DNA of 63,629 nt, the filler included, from Lenisia limosa (Eukaryota; Protista; Breviatea): NCBI GenBank assembly GCA_001655205.1. It is 11 parts of 11 records of this genome, joined end to end, with 100 filler letters (N's around TTAATTAATTAA, not from the genome) between each part and the next. Parts side by side here need not be neighbours in the genome. Positions count along the whole stretch, not along the records: positions 11,546 to 14,332 come from LPNZ01011022.1; positions 14,433 to 20,121 come from LPNZ01004737.1; positions 20,222 to 40,610 come from LPNZ01006955.1; 8 more parts are not named here. One strand, 5' to 3'. Below, piece after piece: positions 11,706 to 23,300 of the stretch (its first letter is position 1; each line of letters starts with the position of its first letter). The translations under genes were made by a program, and so were the position numbers. Under the pieces are notes generated by a model. It saw only the letters and a program-made list of their open reading frames with translations. It made no database searches and was not told the origin of the DNA.

Positions 11706-14332
11706 TATGTTTGCCACCCTTGATCAGATCATTGCTCTCCAGGTNNNNNNNNNNNNNNNNNNNNNNNNNNNNNNNNNNNNNNNNNNNNNNNNNNNNNNNN
11801 NNNNNNNNNNNNNNNNNNNNNNNNNNNNNNNNNNNNNNNNNNNNNNNNNNNNNNNNNNNNNNNNNNNNNNNNNNNATAATGATTTGGGCTTCCCTACGGT
11901 CCGAAAAAGACCGTTAAAATATTGATATTTATCGAGGATTTATCGAGAAATTCAGTCTTTTTTGGGACCGAAGGGAAGCCCTAATAATTATCTATTGTTC
12001 ATAGGTAATTGGGTCTGAAAGGGGGGATGTATGACATAAACACAGCGTATTGCTACAATGACTCTCTAGACCAATGACCTCAAGCCCATTCCCATGCGGC
12101 TGGACAAAGACAAAATCAGGTGGGAGGAGGGGAGGTAAAAATCGGGACAGGATCAATATTTCCAAGATAGCGAGGGATGATGGTGATGATGATGGTGATG
12201 ATGATGGTGATGATGATAGGATGTGGAGGTGATGCAGTTCCTAACCCATGTAGGGAGGCGTCCCAGCTTCCTGTAAGAAACCAGCTGGCCAAGCTCACCC
12301 ATGCTGTTTCGGTCTACACTGAGGGTATGCGGGATGTCGTTGTGCTTATCATTAGGGCTTCACTTCGGTTCGAAAATAGACTGAATTTCTCGATAAATCC
12401 TCGAAAACTATCGATATTTCCCCTGGTTTTTTCGAACCGAAGTGAAGCCCACACCACATCATACAAAAACAACACAAAGAGAAACCCTTTAATCTACAGG
12501 CATCCTTGCCATGGACACAACCCTTGTCGGCGTTATTGAAGTCGACCCAAAGCAGCTCCTTGAGGACGGAATCCGACGCGAACTAGTGAGACAGGTGGGA
12601 GTGGGGTTGTCAGACAGGGGAGGGGAGAGAGAGAGAGAAGTGGCGCAGTTTTGCTTTACAAATGAGGGGGAAAGTACTAAGTGCTTATCAAACTTATGAG
12701 ATCAACTATGTATGAGATAATTGACGCCCCCCCCCCTCCTGAGTNNNNNNNNNNNNNNNNNNNNNNNNNNNNNNNNNNNNNNNNNNNNNNNNNNNNNNNN
12801 NNNNNNNNNNNNNNNNNNNNNNNNNNNNNNNNNNNNNNNNNNNNNNNNNNNGGGCTTGTTTGTTTCCTAAATTTTCCAATTTTACTCCCCCCCCCCCCTT
12901 AGGTTGCTGGAGCGCTCGACAGCATTTTGGTGTTCTCAGGCAAGTCAAACAATGACCTTGAGCAGTGTCTTGATAGGGTCATTGCGCGCCTTGAAGGTTA
13001 CAAACAGTCCTTCGAGTATATTCAGGTGTGTGACGCACCGTTAGTCTGATACATTCATCTTAACCTCAGATCTCATTTCAACATGTTAGTAATCTCTCTT
13101 CACTTCATACACAATGACTTTGTTTAATTGAGACAGTTAGGGCTTCACTTCGATTCGAAAAGACTGATAAAATATCGATAGCTTTCAAGGATTTATCGAG
13201 AAATTAGTCTTTTTTCGAACCAAGTGAAGTCCTAGATACAGTGCGTAGTTCCGTTCATTCTTTTTGTTACCCAAAATGCCAGCGTGCTGTCATATAAATT
13301 CGTCAGAGGATCTATTTGTTGAATTTTCCACATTAACCCCCGCAGGATTACGTCAATGTGTATGGTCTTAAGATTTGGCAAGAGGAATTCTCGCGAATTG
13401 TTCACTATAATGTGCAGCAGGTTGGAGGAGGGAGGGGCAGATTGCAAGTTTTCATGGAAGAAATCATTGGCAAGCTTTGGATAATTTGGGTTTTGAACTT
13501 GGGTTCACCGTTGTTAGATTATTACCGGAGGAATGGGATCTGTTTGTTTTGTTGTTCTCTCCTCTTTATTGTCAGCCAACAGAGTTGATTTTGAGCTCTT
13601 TTTTTTTACATAGTCCAATTTCACTCCCCTTAGGAATGCAACATGTTTGTCAAGAAGATGATCTTTGACTGGCAGTCACAGTATCAGAGCGAAGCCATTC
13701 CAATCCCAAGGTTTGGGGTGGACTGGATTCCCAAATTTTGCCGCGCGTAGCTGCGTAATTTCAAAATCGGCGCGCTGCTGTGGATATCAGGGTGTGGGTA
13801 AGGGTTGAGAGCGAAAAGAGAGGGTGGGCGATGCGGTAGTGCGTGTATAGGTTGTAAACTGAAGACCTACAACTTCTTGGAAAATCCATTCATCTTCCCC
13901 CCTTGCAGTTTCAGATTATTCGGTTCGTGATTAGTAGCTTTACACCAATATTCTTCATCTTCCTTCTTTTTACCCCCCCCCCNNNNNNNNNNNNNNNNNN
14001 NNNNNNNNNNNNNNNNNNNNNNNNNNNNNNNNNNNNNNNNNNNNNNNNNNNNNNNNNNNNNNNNNNNNNNNNNNNNNNNNNNNNNNNNNNNNNNNNNNNN
14101 NNNNNNNNNNNNNNNNNNNNNNNNTCCTTTGCTCCAGTATTCTTGATTGAATTGTCGAAATTTCCCATGTTTACTTCTCTCATAAATTGTCCAATTTCAC
14201 ACCTCTCCCATTCAGGTTTGCCCCCAAAGACAAAGAGTCGACCACGTTCATGGGCAGACTCACTCGTGAACTCCTGCGTATCACAGACCCGAGGCGCACC
14301 ACCTACCTACACACCATGTCATCCTGGTATGA
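11706..14332 (+). CDS. WASHC5: WASH complex subunit strumpellin (internal fragment, 8 visible exons)
   Basis: [83 protein letters not shown] and [16 protein letters not shown] match strumpellin in order. Confidence 0.93.
11884..11983. mobile_element. MITE family A copy with 8-bp TSD
   Basis: Flanks ATAATGAT / ATAATTAT. Confidence 0.92.
12353..12452. mobile_element. MITE family A copy (opposite orientation)
   Basis: TAGGGCTTCACTTCGGTTCGAAAA...TTTTCGAACCGAAGTGAAGCCC; the core is the reverse complement of most copies. Confidence 0.93.
13138..13234. mobile_element. MITE family A copy with 8-bp TSD
   Basis: Flanks GAGACAGT / GATACAGT. Confidence 0.92.
13538..13633 (+). repeat. Family B 5'-truncated copy in strumpellin intron (others at 12852-12902, 13904-13982)
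   Basis: GTCAGCCAACAGAGTTGATTTTGAGC...CCAATTTCACTCCCCTTAG at the acceptor. Confidence 0.88.
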
Positions 14333-14559
14333 NNNNNNNNNNNNNNNNNNNNNNNNNNNNNNNNNNNNNNNNNNNNTTAATTAATTAANNNNNNNNNNNN
14401 NNNNNNNNNNNNNNNNNNNNNNNNNNNNNNNNGAATTTCGGAGGGAGATATGAAGTTTTGCGCGAACTATCGGTTGGCGATATTGGGGAGAAAGGGGGAA
14501 TACAATACTGTTTATGGTTTTGAAACAATTGAGAAAGAAGCACTGAGATAATACGTGAC

Positions 14560-14658
14560 TAGGGCTTCACTTCGGTTCAAAAATTACCGGCAAAATATCG
14601 ATGGTTTTCGAGGATTATCGGGAAATCCAGTCTTTTTTCGAACCGAATTGAAGCTCTA
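14560..14658. mobile_element. MITE family A copy with 8-bp TSD
   Basis: Flanks TACGTGAC / CACGTGAC. Confidence 0.93.
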
Positions 14659-15098
14659 CACGTGACAGATGTTTATTCTTTGAACGGTCAATTGATGCTA
14701 TTTTTCTGGGCTGTCAACATACATGTAATATGTATACTATATATCATATATCACATTTACATAATTTGAAAATACATAACTGACTTTCTTGGGAGCCATA
14801 CAAATATGGAATTCAATGAAGTCGGAAGGAAATAACATATGGGGGTACCGCAAGCCAAACCTCACAATAAAATAAAAGAATAATTTGGTGATATCCATCC
14901 AGGACATGCGAGTTGGAAATTGAAGCGGAAGAGCACGAGGATTACTCCTTCGAAGGCCCCTACCCCACAATAAAACTGGTTTGCCATTTTGGACTTCTTT
15001 ATGGCTACATGAAGCGACTGGCCTTAACTTTTTTTTTTTTTTAACCCAACTGTGTTTCAATCCAACAGAGTTGATTTTGGACTTTTCTGTTTCGATAG

Positions 15099-18028
15099 TT
15101 CACCATTGGTACTCACTCTTACGAGTGAACGCTTATGTGGCACCATCTGCCTTAAATACTAACCTTGTTCAATTTCCAAAGTCTTATTCAGTCCAGAAGA
15201 GCAACAGTATGTCAGATGACTGTGACCGAATGCTGAAACAGTTCCTCAGTGAAAGCGCTTTCCACCTCCAGAACGTCAATGCTTTGGCTGTTCAGTTCAC
15301 CGATAACTCGTGGGTGTTTGTTGGCGTTGTTTGTTTATTGGATGGTCGTGGTTGTGTTTATGCATGTAGATTCTCGTGTGTTGTGTTTTTTGGGGACCAT
15401 TGTATTTTTTGTTCATGTCAATCGATAAGTTGTGAGAAATAGTTGTTATGATGGATAATTTGTAGATTATTTGTTCACTCGTAGATAATACTGTGTAGTG
15501 TTCATGGATAAAGTTTTTTTTTTTTTTACCTTTTAGGATGCAGGAGAGAGAGCAGATTGACCCGTTGCCCTTCAAAGAGGCAGCATACGCGTATTGTCTT
15601 CAGGTCCGTGTACAAAAACTTAAGATCTTAAAAACAAAAGATCTTACAAAACTAAGGATATGATGACAAAACTAAGAATATTTACAAAACAAGAATATTA
15701 CAAAATTCAGTATATCGCAGTGTTGGATATCAATATTATCTAAACGCATACATTCTTTTTCTCTTAATTACATTTTTTCCTGTCCCTTTTATATCTTTGG
15801 TTAAATTGTTCTTCATGTTTATTTTTATTGACAATTTTTTAAGTGTTGTTTTAGAGTTATATGTATATCTGATGCCTCATTCAAAGATTGAGCTACACCC
15901 ACCACCACCACCACAAACAAAAAATTGAAATTAGTCACTCTCTCTCAACGTTATCATTCAGATATCATTTGGGTAAAACACGAGCAGGGCAAATTATAAA
16001 ACAACATATCAGTATTCTCCTTAATCTTCTTCTGTACTCCATCCAGTCAAGTTGTGTATGTAAATCTGCCATTTTACAGAAAATGACGCCGGGTTTCGTT
16101 CATATGCTATATACTATACTATATATTATTCTATTATGATATATCCGAGTAATAACCTTGGAGTTATTCTAAAATATTAATATTTTTTTGAGACTTTATT
16201 CAAAGTCATAATCTCTGCAGTTATTCGGCGTTGTAAGCCCCAATCACGATAAGAGTGTAAACTACCTTCTGTCNNNNNNNNNNNNNNNNNNNNNNNNNNN
16301 NNNNNNNNNNNNNNNNNNNNNNNNNNNNNNNNNNNNNNNNNNNNNNNNNNNNNNNNNNNNNNNNNNNNNNNNNNNNNNNNNNNNNNNNNNNNNNNNNNNN
16401 NNNNNNNTATATTTCTCCAATATCTCTTAAAGCCAGATACTATCATCCAATATCTTTTATAAGCGTGATTGTGTGGACGGCTCGGCCTACAACCTTTTTT
16501 ATCACTAATCTACATTGACCATTATTATACTTCTTAATTCATTACTCCAGACCTTCCTCAAAACCGTGGCTACCCGACCCTACAATGTCACGTGGGGGGG
16601 GGGGGGGNNNNNNNNNNNNNNNNNNNNNNNNNNNNNNNNNNNNNNNNNNNNNNNNNNNNNNNNNNNNNNNNNNNNNNNNNNNNNNNNNNNNNNNNNNNNN
16701 NNNNNNNNNNNNNNNNNNNNNNNNNNNNNNNNNNNNNNNNNNNNNNNNNNNNNNNNNCCCAATAGCAAACAAAACAAGCAGTAAAATGATTGGGTATCTC
16801 ATAAACGTGATATTTCTTATTATCTTTCGAGGTAAACTTATTTAAATCTTTCCATTTCTGGTTTGAATCGTTCCTCACAGTTTTAGAGCGGCAATGATTA
16901 ATGACCTATCCTATGACTTCACTCTCTCGGAAAAGGTGTGTGTGTGTGGGGTATAAGTAGTGCTTCACTTCGGTTCGAAAAAGACCTGGGAATTATCTAT
17001 AGTTCTAGAGGATTTATCGATAAATTCAGTCTTTTTTTGAGCCTAAGTGAAGCCCTAGTTATAAGTTGCTTGAGAATCGGGGGGGGGGGGTTGGNNNNNN
17101 NNNNNNNNNNNNNNNNNNNNNNNNNNNNNNNNNNNNNNNNNNNNNNNNNNNNNNNNNNNNNNNNNNNNNNNNNNNNNNNNNNNNNNNNNNNNNGTGTTGT
17201 TTTTAACCCTTGTGTGTTCCCAAATACTTTACAGAGTTGATTTTGGGCATTTTTGAATCTTAAATATTCCATTTTTACCTCCCCAGGTTCATTTAATTGT
17301 GATTGCGGTTGAGGCGAAAAGACAGGCAAGTCTTGAGTTTGTAGCTCGGGCCTCCAGCATGCTTGACGAGATGGCGTAACGGTCCTGAGATTTTCGTGTT
17401 AAATCTAAGTGGTAACCAGGTTTTGGTGTCTGCTTTCTTTCAACTCAATTTTGATAATTGTGTTTTGGTTGTTTTCTTTGTTTTCGTTTTCTTTATTATG
17501 CCGCGAAGTTGTTTTCTTAGGCCTCCATGTAATATACTCTTTTTCAATTTGTAGTGGGTGTGAGGCATGCGGCTGTGGGGGGTAGTATAACAAAAATCAA
17601 CTCTGTTGCTGTTGTCAAATCGAGGTATCAGCCTTTTGTCAACTCTGTTAGCTGACAACAAAACAGCCCAGGCCAGTCTGCAGCACTTCATACCATCACT
17701 CCAGCTTTGTGTTAAGGTCCATTTCCCTTCTTGCCTTACTCGAGCATTGGTTGTGTCACACTACCAACTCATTTGTTTTACTGAAAATGTCCTCAAAACG
17801 CACTAACTGGGTGAGTTGGAACAGTTTTCCAAAACTCTGGGCGTGGAGTGTTTATTTGTTTCCCTTGATTTTTATGTATATAATTTCTCTTTTTCAAAAA
17901 AAACTCTGGCATGATTATTTAATTGGTTATTGGATGAGTCACCATGCACAAGAAATTTATGGGATTCCCAAGTCGATGCGCCGTGGTGTCTACTTCAACC
18001 CGCCTGGTGTTGATGCCTGGTGTTGATG
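15099..18028 (+). CDS. Hypothetical multi-exon gene fragment
   Basis: AG/GT-bounded open segments SDDCDRMLKQFLSESAFHLQNVNALAVQF, MQEREQIDPLPFKEAAYAYCLQ, AAMINDLSYDFTLSEK, VHLIVIAVEAKRQASLEFVARASSMLDEMA. Strand is ambiguous beyond ~17.4 kb. Confidence 0.4.
16958..17057. mobile_element. MITE family A copy with 8-bp TSD
   Basis: Flanks GGTATAAG / GTTATAAG. Confidence 0.92.
17572..17703 (-). repeat. Family B copy on minus strand ending in CCCCCCACAG
   Basis: GCTGGAGTGATGGTATG...GACTGGCCTGGG...CAACAGAGTTGATTTTTG on the minus strand. Confidence 0.82.
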
Positions 18029-18372
18029 GTAAGAGATCCCAACACATGCCGGGTCTATACCCCAGGTAACCTTTTAATTACTGAGTTCTAGAGAGGTGAC
18101 AACAGAGAGCCGGAAACATAAATCCTGGGGTGTACAGGGAAAGTCACACACCAGTAGTAAAAAAAAAAGAAGCTTAAAGTTGTATTTTTAGAACAGTTTT
18201 TGAAATATAGAGGGGTCATCTACGAGTTCAAAAACAAGTGGACCGACCTCATATTTAGACGAGTCAACTTATGTTGGACTACTGACCCCCTCCCCTGCTG
18301 CCTCAAATTAATACACAGAGACCTACTATACATTACAAGAAGAGATTGCACAAAATACAAGGGTCACACCCC

Positions 18373-18872
18373 TTAGGTACCACTCGCGTCACAGAGTAGC
18401 GCGGTACCCCTCATCACCCAGTGGTCCACCGGGCGATTAGAGGGCAAATGCACCGTCACGATAAAGTTGGTACTGTGTCCTGTTGTACTCAGCGTTCCAG
18501 CGCGCGCACTGGTTTTGTAGAGGGGACACGGGTAGTCGCCTAGAGCGTTTATTTTGCAGGAGAGGGGCTATCTCGAGGCCTTCACTTCGGTTCAAAAAAT
18601 GACTGAATATCGATAAATCTTCCAAATACTGATATTTTATCAGGAACGGGAGTGAAGCCCTTGATATGGATCATCATGATGCTAATTGTTTTTTAATTAG
18701 ATATATCACATTAAATTTTTCATAAAGAGAACTCTCTTATCAAGTAGTTTACCGATTGATCCAAACACCACTTCCAGTTATCTCTAGATCCTTCAACAAA
18801 ACACCCACCAGTCGGCGGCGAGTAGTCGACTTCGGGTTTGAGCCAAATAACGGGCAGCGGCTAAGGGGATAA

Positions 18873-18915
<43 letters not shown>

Positions 18916-20121
18916 AAACACTGTTCTTGAAATGTGGGATGGATAAGTGGCGAGGGTCTCTCCAATTCCATGTATTAATAATATTACCCCCCCCCCCCAC
19001 GGCGCTGGGCTGGCGCTCGAGGGGATCATCAACACCTTGTCCGGACTCCCAACGTCCTCCGTCGAACCAGAGGCCGTGTATGAAGACGCCATCTTCGGCC
19101 GCAGCGGTCACATCCTTTTCGAGTAAGCCACTGGGAAATTTCTGATTGCAGAAAAGCCACTATTGAAAATTGTGTTGATATTGACAAAAACCCCTGTTTC
19201 TTAACTCGAAAAAAGCTGGACGGTTCACTCGCCTACCTCTGCAGAAGTGTACTTGAGAACATGGAAGGAGAACGCGAGGATGTCGACACTGACACGGTAT
19301 TTCCGGGCGTAGTTTTGCAGCGTGGCGGTTAGGAAACCTGAGGGGGTTAGAATTGGGAAAATTAAAAACAAAAAAAGCCCAAATCAACTATAATTATTGC
19401 GTTGATGGTTCAGGATGTTACTGATTTAAGTAAGATTAGGAAAATAAGCCCTCCTTTCATATATTTATATTTAAACGTCTAATACCCTCCCAACCCTGAG
19501 GGAAGAAGAAGGCTGAGAGCCAGAAGGAGTTGGGGTGTCCCTTCTCGATCCAATCACGGAAGAACTCCACTCTCTCTCCAAGGTCCTTGGGGAGTGAAAT
19601 TGGAAAATTTATGAAACAACAAAAGCCCAAAATCAACTCTTGTTGTTACCAACACACGACTGTTGATAACAACAAAACAAAAAACGCCTGATTAGAAAGG
19701 TAGGCTCAACTCAAAAGTTACAATATTAAAAATAACAAATATATTTTTTATTTTATTTAGAAATTACAATAAGAATTAATAACCCCGTACCTTGAACCAT
19801 GCAGACAGGCGGCGAACAGAGGGGTAAGCCACAGCCTCCCATTGCTGTGGTACTGTGTTGTCCAGAAGCGACCGTACCACCTGTTTTTGAGTAAATGACT
19901 GGGGAAAAGTTTGGCAAGATTACTTATGGTCGCTCTCTATGAAGTGTTTGTATTGCACAAAATATGTACAATATATTTTTCCACAAGGCCCTACAATCAA
20001 CAAATAAATTTCAGGCGAAGTTCCCTACCGTTTCGAGGGACGGTGACATCACGACGAGACCCTTGATGGCCTTTAGGAGGGCCTCGGTACTATTTCTGAT
20101 GGCGCGAAGGAGTTTGTTGAA
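18373..20121 (-). CDS. Dynein heavy chain, axonemal type, C-terminal 7 exons
   Basis: Exons 20121-20029, 19880-19791, 19585-19495, 19337-19237, 19114-19001, 18860-18809 and 18539-18373 splice in frame: [104 protein letters not shown], then TAA. Confidence 0.94.
18575..18662. mobile_element. MITE family A copy (deleted, opposite orientation)
   Basis: AGGCCTTCACTTCGGTTCAAAAAA...GAGTGAAGCCCTT. Confidence 0.82.
19586..19690 (-). repeat. Family B copy in dynein intron (another at 19338-19400)
   Basis: GAGTTGATTTTGGGCTTTTGTTGTTTCATAAATTTTCCAATTTCACTCCCCAAG at the acceptor. Confidence 0.88.
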
Positions 20122-20320
20122 NNNNNNNNNNNNNNNNNNNNNNNNNNNNNNNNNNNNNNNNNNNNTTAATTAATTAANNNNNNNNNNNNNNNNNNNNNNN
20201 NNNNNNNNNNNNNNNNNNNNNCCCCCCCCTGTGTGTGGTCAGCCAACACTGCTGATTTTGGCTTTTTTTCTCTCTCATAAATTTCCAATTTCACCCTCCC
20301 TCCCGAAACTGACATCGCAG

Positions 20321-23300
20321 TCGCAGCCTCAGCATGTGCCGTCTCAAGAGGATCTTTTCCAAGCCCTTCAGATGGACGCTGGTGGGAGGCATGTTCTTTA
20401 AAAATTGTGGTGAATGCCATGGACGCACGCAGTGTGTGCCCAGAGTTATAAGGCAAATGATTGTGTGAATTAATATTTTACTATAATCCGATATCTCTAA
20501 TAAGCGTGATGGTGTGGTCGGTTTCGGTAAGATATAACCTTATTTTTTTTATTTCTCATTGCTATATATTTATGTATAATAATAAAAGGGCGTCACGTTG
20601 GCAAAATAGAATCTGGTGTAGATTAGTTTTCAGCAATATTATTAAATTTTCGTCAACTAAAACTTGCAGCCACCCCAGTGAAGCGTGAGAAAAAGAAGTC
20701 AAAAGCTCCGCCGTCCCCTACCCCTGAGAGTATTCTTGCACAAATGATGAATTCGGTGAGGGGGAAAACATCTGTCATGAATCATCTCTCATTTCACTGA
20801 GACTTCCCTTTATGACAGCAGAAATATTTGAATAGTTATCTTTTCTTAATGTTTCCTTTGGTTTAATGTATGCGGGAGGCGCACAGAAAGCTATATTATA
20901 GGCAAATTTGCTCTATAAGCGTGATGGTGTGCGGCTTCGGTCAGATACAACCTTGTCTTATTTCTCATCTTTGATGTTGCAGCAACCGGCGGCAGTTCCA
21001 GCTACTATTTCCGAGGATTCCGGTCGCACGGACTCCTCGTCAGAATCCGAGACGTCTGAAGACGACGTGAGCCTCATGATTATTGAATAGTTATCCCTTT
21101 GGGTTCCCCTCCTTTTCTCAATATTCCCTTGCACCCTCCAATTGCTTTAGGATAGCGCCAGTCCTGGAAATGAGGAGGACACTACACCCAGTCCTGACCC
21201 TTTACCAAGCCCCGATATTAGTGACCCTCGAGCACTTTTGATTCAGGTACATCATTCTGAGCAATTGTCCCGAAACACAATATGATATATCGAATATCTA
21301 TCTATAATATATATATATTATATTATATATATACAACACAATATGATATATCGAACATCTATCTATAATATAGCTATATATATTATATTATATATATACA
21401 TGNNNNNNNNNNNNNNNNNNNNNNNNNNNNNNNNNNNNNNNNNNNNNNNNNNNNNNNNNNNNNNNNNNNNNNNNNNNNNNNNNNNNNNNAGCGTTGACCC
21501 CATTCCCCCCATGAACAGCCATGCAAAATCGTATATCTTAAACTACGTGTAGGTACAGTGACTAGGATATGTCTTGACCGATTTCCCTTGGAAAATCTTC
21601 GAGCAAATCGGTCAAGACTTATCCCGGTCTGTGACTACCCTCAGGGACTGTTTGGTTTTTATGGAATTAACGCGAAGCCTTTTTTTCGTATTGCTGAAAT
21701 GTGTTCAGAACCTGATAATGTTTTAGGATGAAATTTGGCAGTTACGCAAAGACCTTGATTTTTCAAAGGTTAGTAGAAGCTTCTTCCATTATACTATATA
21801 AACAATTGTGAATATTTGGACATTGTTCTGGTCCGAAAAAAAGCGTTGTGCTATTATTACATCGATGAATGATTTTGAGGGAGAGCAAAGTTGACTTCTC
21901 AGTCCGCTGCGTCGCAAAAAACGAAACAGCTGGCTGACACTGAGGCCCAATTAGTTCAAATGAGAGAAAAGGTACGGGGTGGATGGGGGGGGGGACCTCT
22001 GATATTGCCTTGGGGACTCGTTCATGTTCATAACTGTCCAGTAAGTAACGACAAATGCAAGCTAGGGGGGGGGGGCTCTTTCTTGTTGGCTTGAAAAGGC
22101 TCTATTTACCTCTTCAGGAAGCTGAAATGTCGGCATCGTTTATCGAGGCCCAGAACAAGGCCCGAAAAGACATCGAAGCGGCCCAAAGACTGGCGGCACA
22201 AGCCACGACCTCGCGAGCAGGTCTGGCTAAATCTATCATGTCACTTCGATTCGAACAATACTCGAGATAATATCTGTAGTTTTCGAGGATTTATTGAGGC
22301 ATTTAGTCTTTTTTCGAATCAAAATGAAGCCCAAGTTACCGCTCACTCCCGTAGATAGTCTTGACAGTGAGCTTGGCGAAGCATATCGCCGTCTTCAAGC
22401 AGCAGAGGCCAAGGCTGAGACGGCTCAGCAAACTCAGACCGAACTTGACATTCTCAACGAAAAAGTTTGGGCAATATTCAATTCATTTATGACTGGTAGT
22501 TTGACACCTTGGAGGAAGAACACCTTGGAATGTTGGAAGAGCACCATATCACCAAAGCGGAATTTAGAGCGCTCAAAGAGCAGGATGATGCCAACTGCAA
22601 AGAACTGGATACTTTACGTGAGTTTTATCTATGCATTTCATCGCTTTTGATGACACATAAAACACTAATTTCCTTTTCTCCAGTGATATTCTGGATATTG
22701 GTTTCTAACTCCTTAGGTTCGGAGCTTGAGGGTTTGAAAAATGCCTTGGCTGAAAAGACCGACAATGCACAGAGTCTTGAAAACCATCTCACTGTAAGAA
22801 TGCCGTCTTCATTTTTTTTTGTCATTTTAATTGATAACAATACTTCGTCGAAACTGAATATCTATGTATATGATATGTAATATATGATATATAATTATTA
22901 TGCTCTGTCCAGTTACCTCCCCTGAAACGCTGGAGTGATGGGATATGGTGCTGCTGAAGCGACTGGTCTGGGCTGTTTTTTTTTTGTTATTAACACTCGT
23001 GTCTTGTCAGCCAACAGCGTTGATTTGGTTTTTTTTGTTTAATTTTCCAATTACCCCCCCCCTCCCCCCTGAAACTCATCAGTGCAGCGCAGCCGCACTG
23101 AGGCGGAGGAGTTACGCGAAAGAAACACAGCAATCCAGGCGGTAGGTGCAATGAGAGTGAGTGTGACCTTCCAGGACAACAGCAGACTGACCGCCACCAT
23201 ATCCGGCCGCGAGGCTGAGATCGAGTCCCTACAGAGACAGAAGGACCAGTTGCTAAATGCGTCTTCTGAAGCGGCTGAAGCGTCTCAGTCTGGTGAGCAG

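Noticed and set aside
18749-18880. ORF-track peptide YPLSRCPLF...WINR as the dynein C-terminus
   Set aside because: The correct spliced frame is PLPVIWLKP, and the true YxCPLYK...HWxxRG exon is at 18539-18373.
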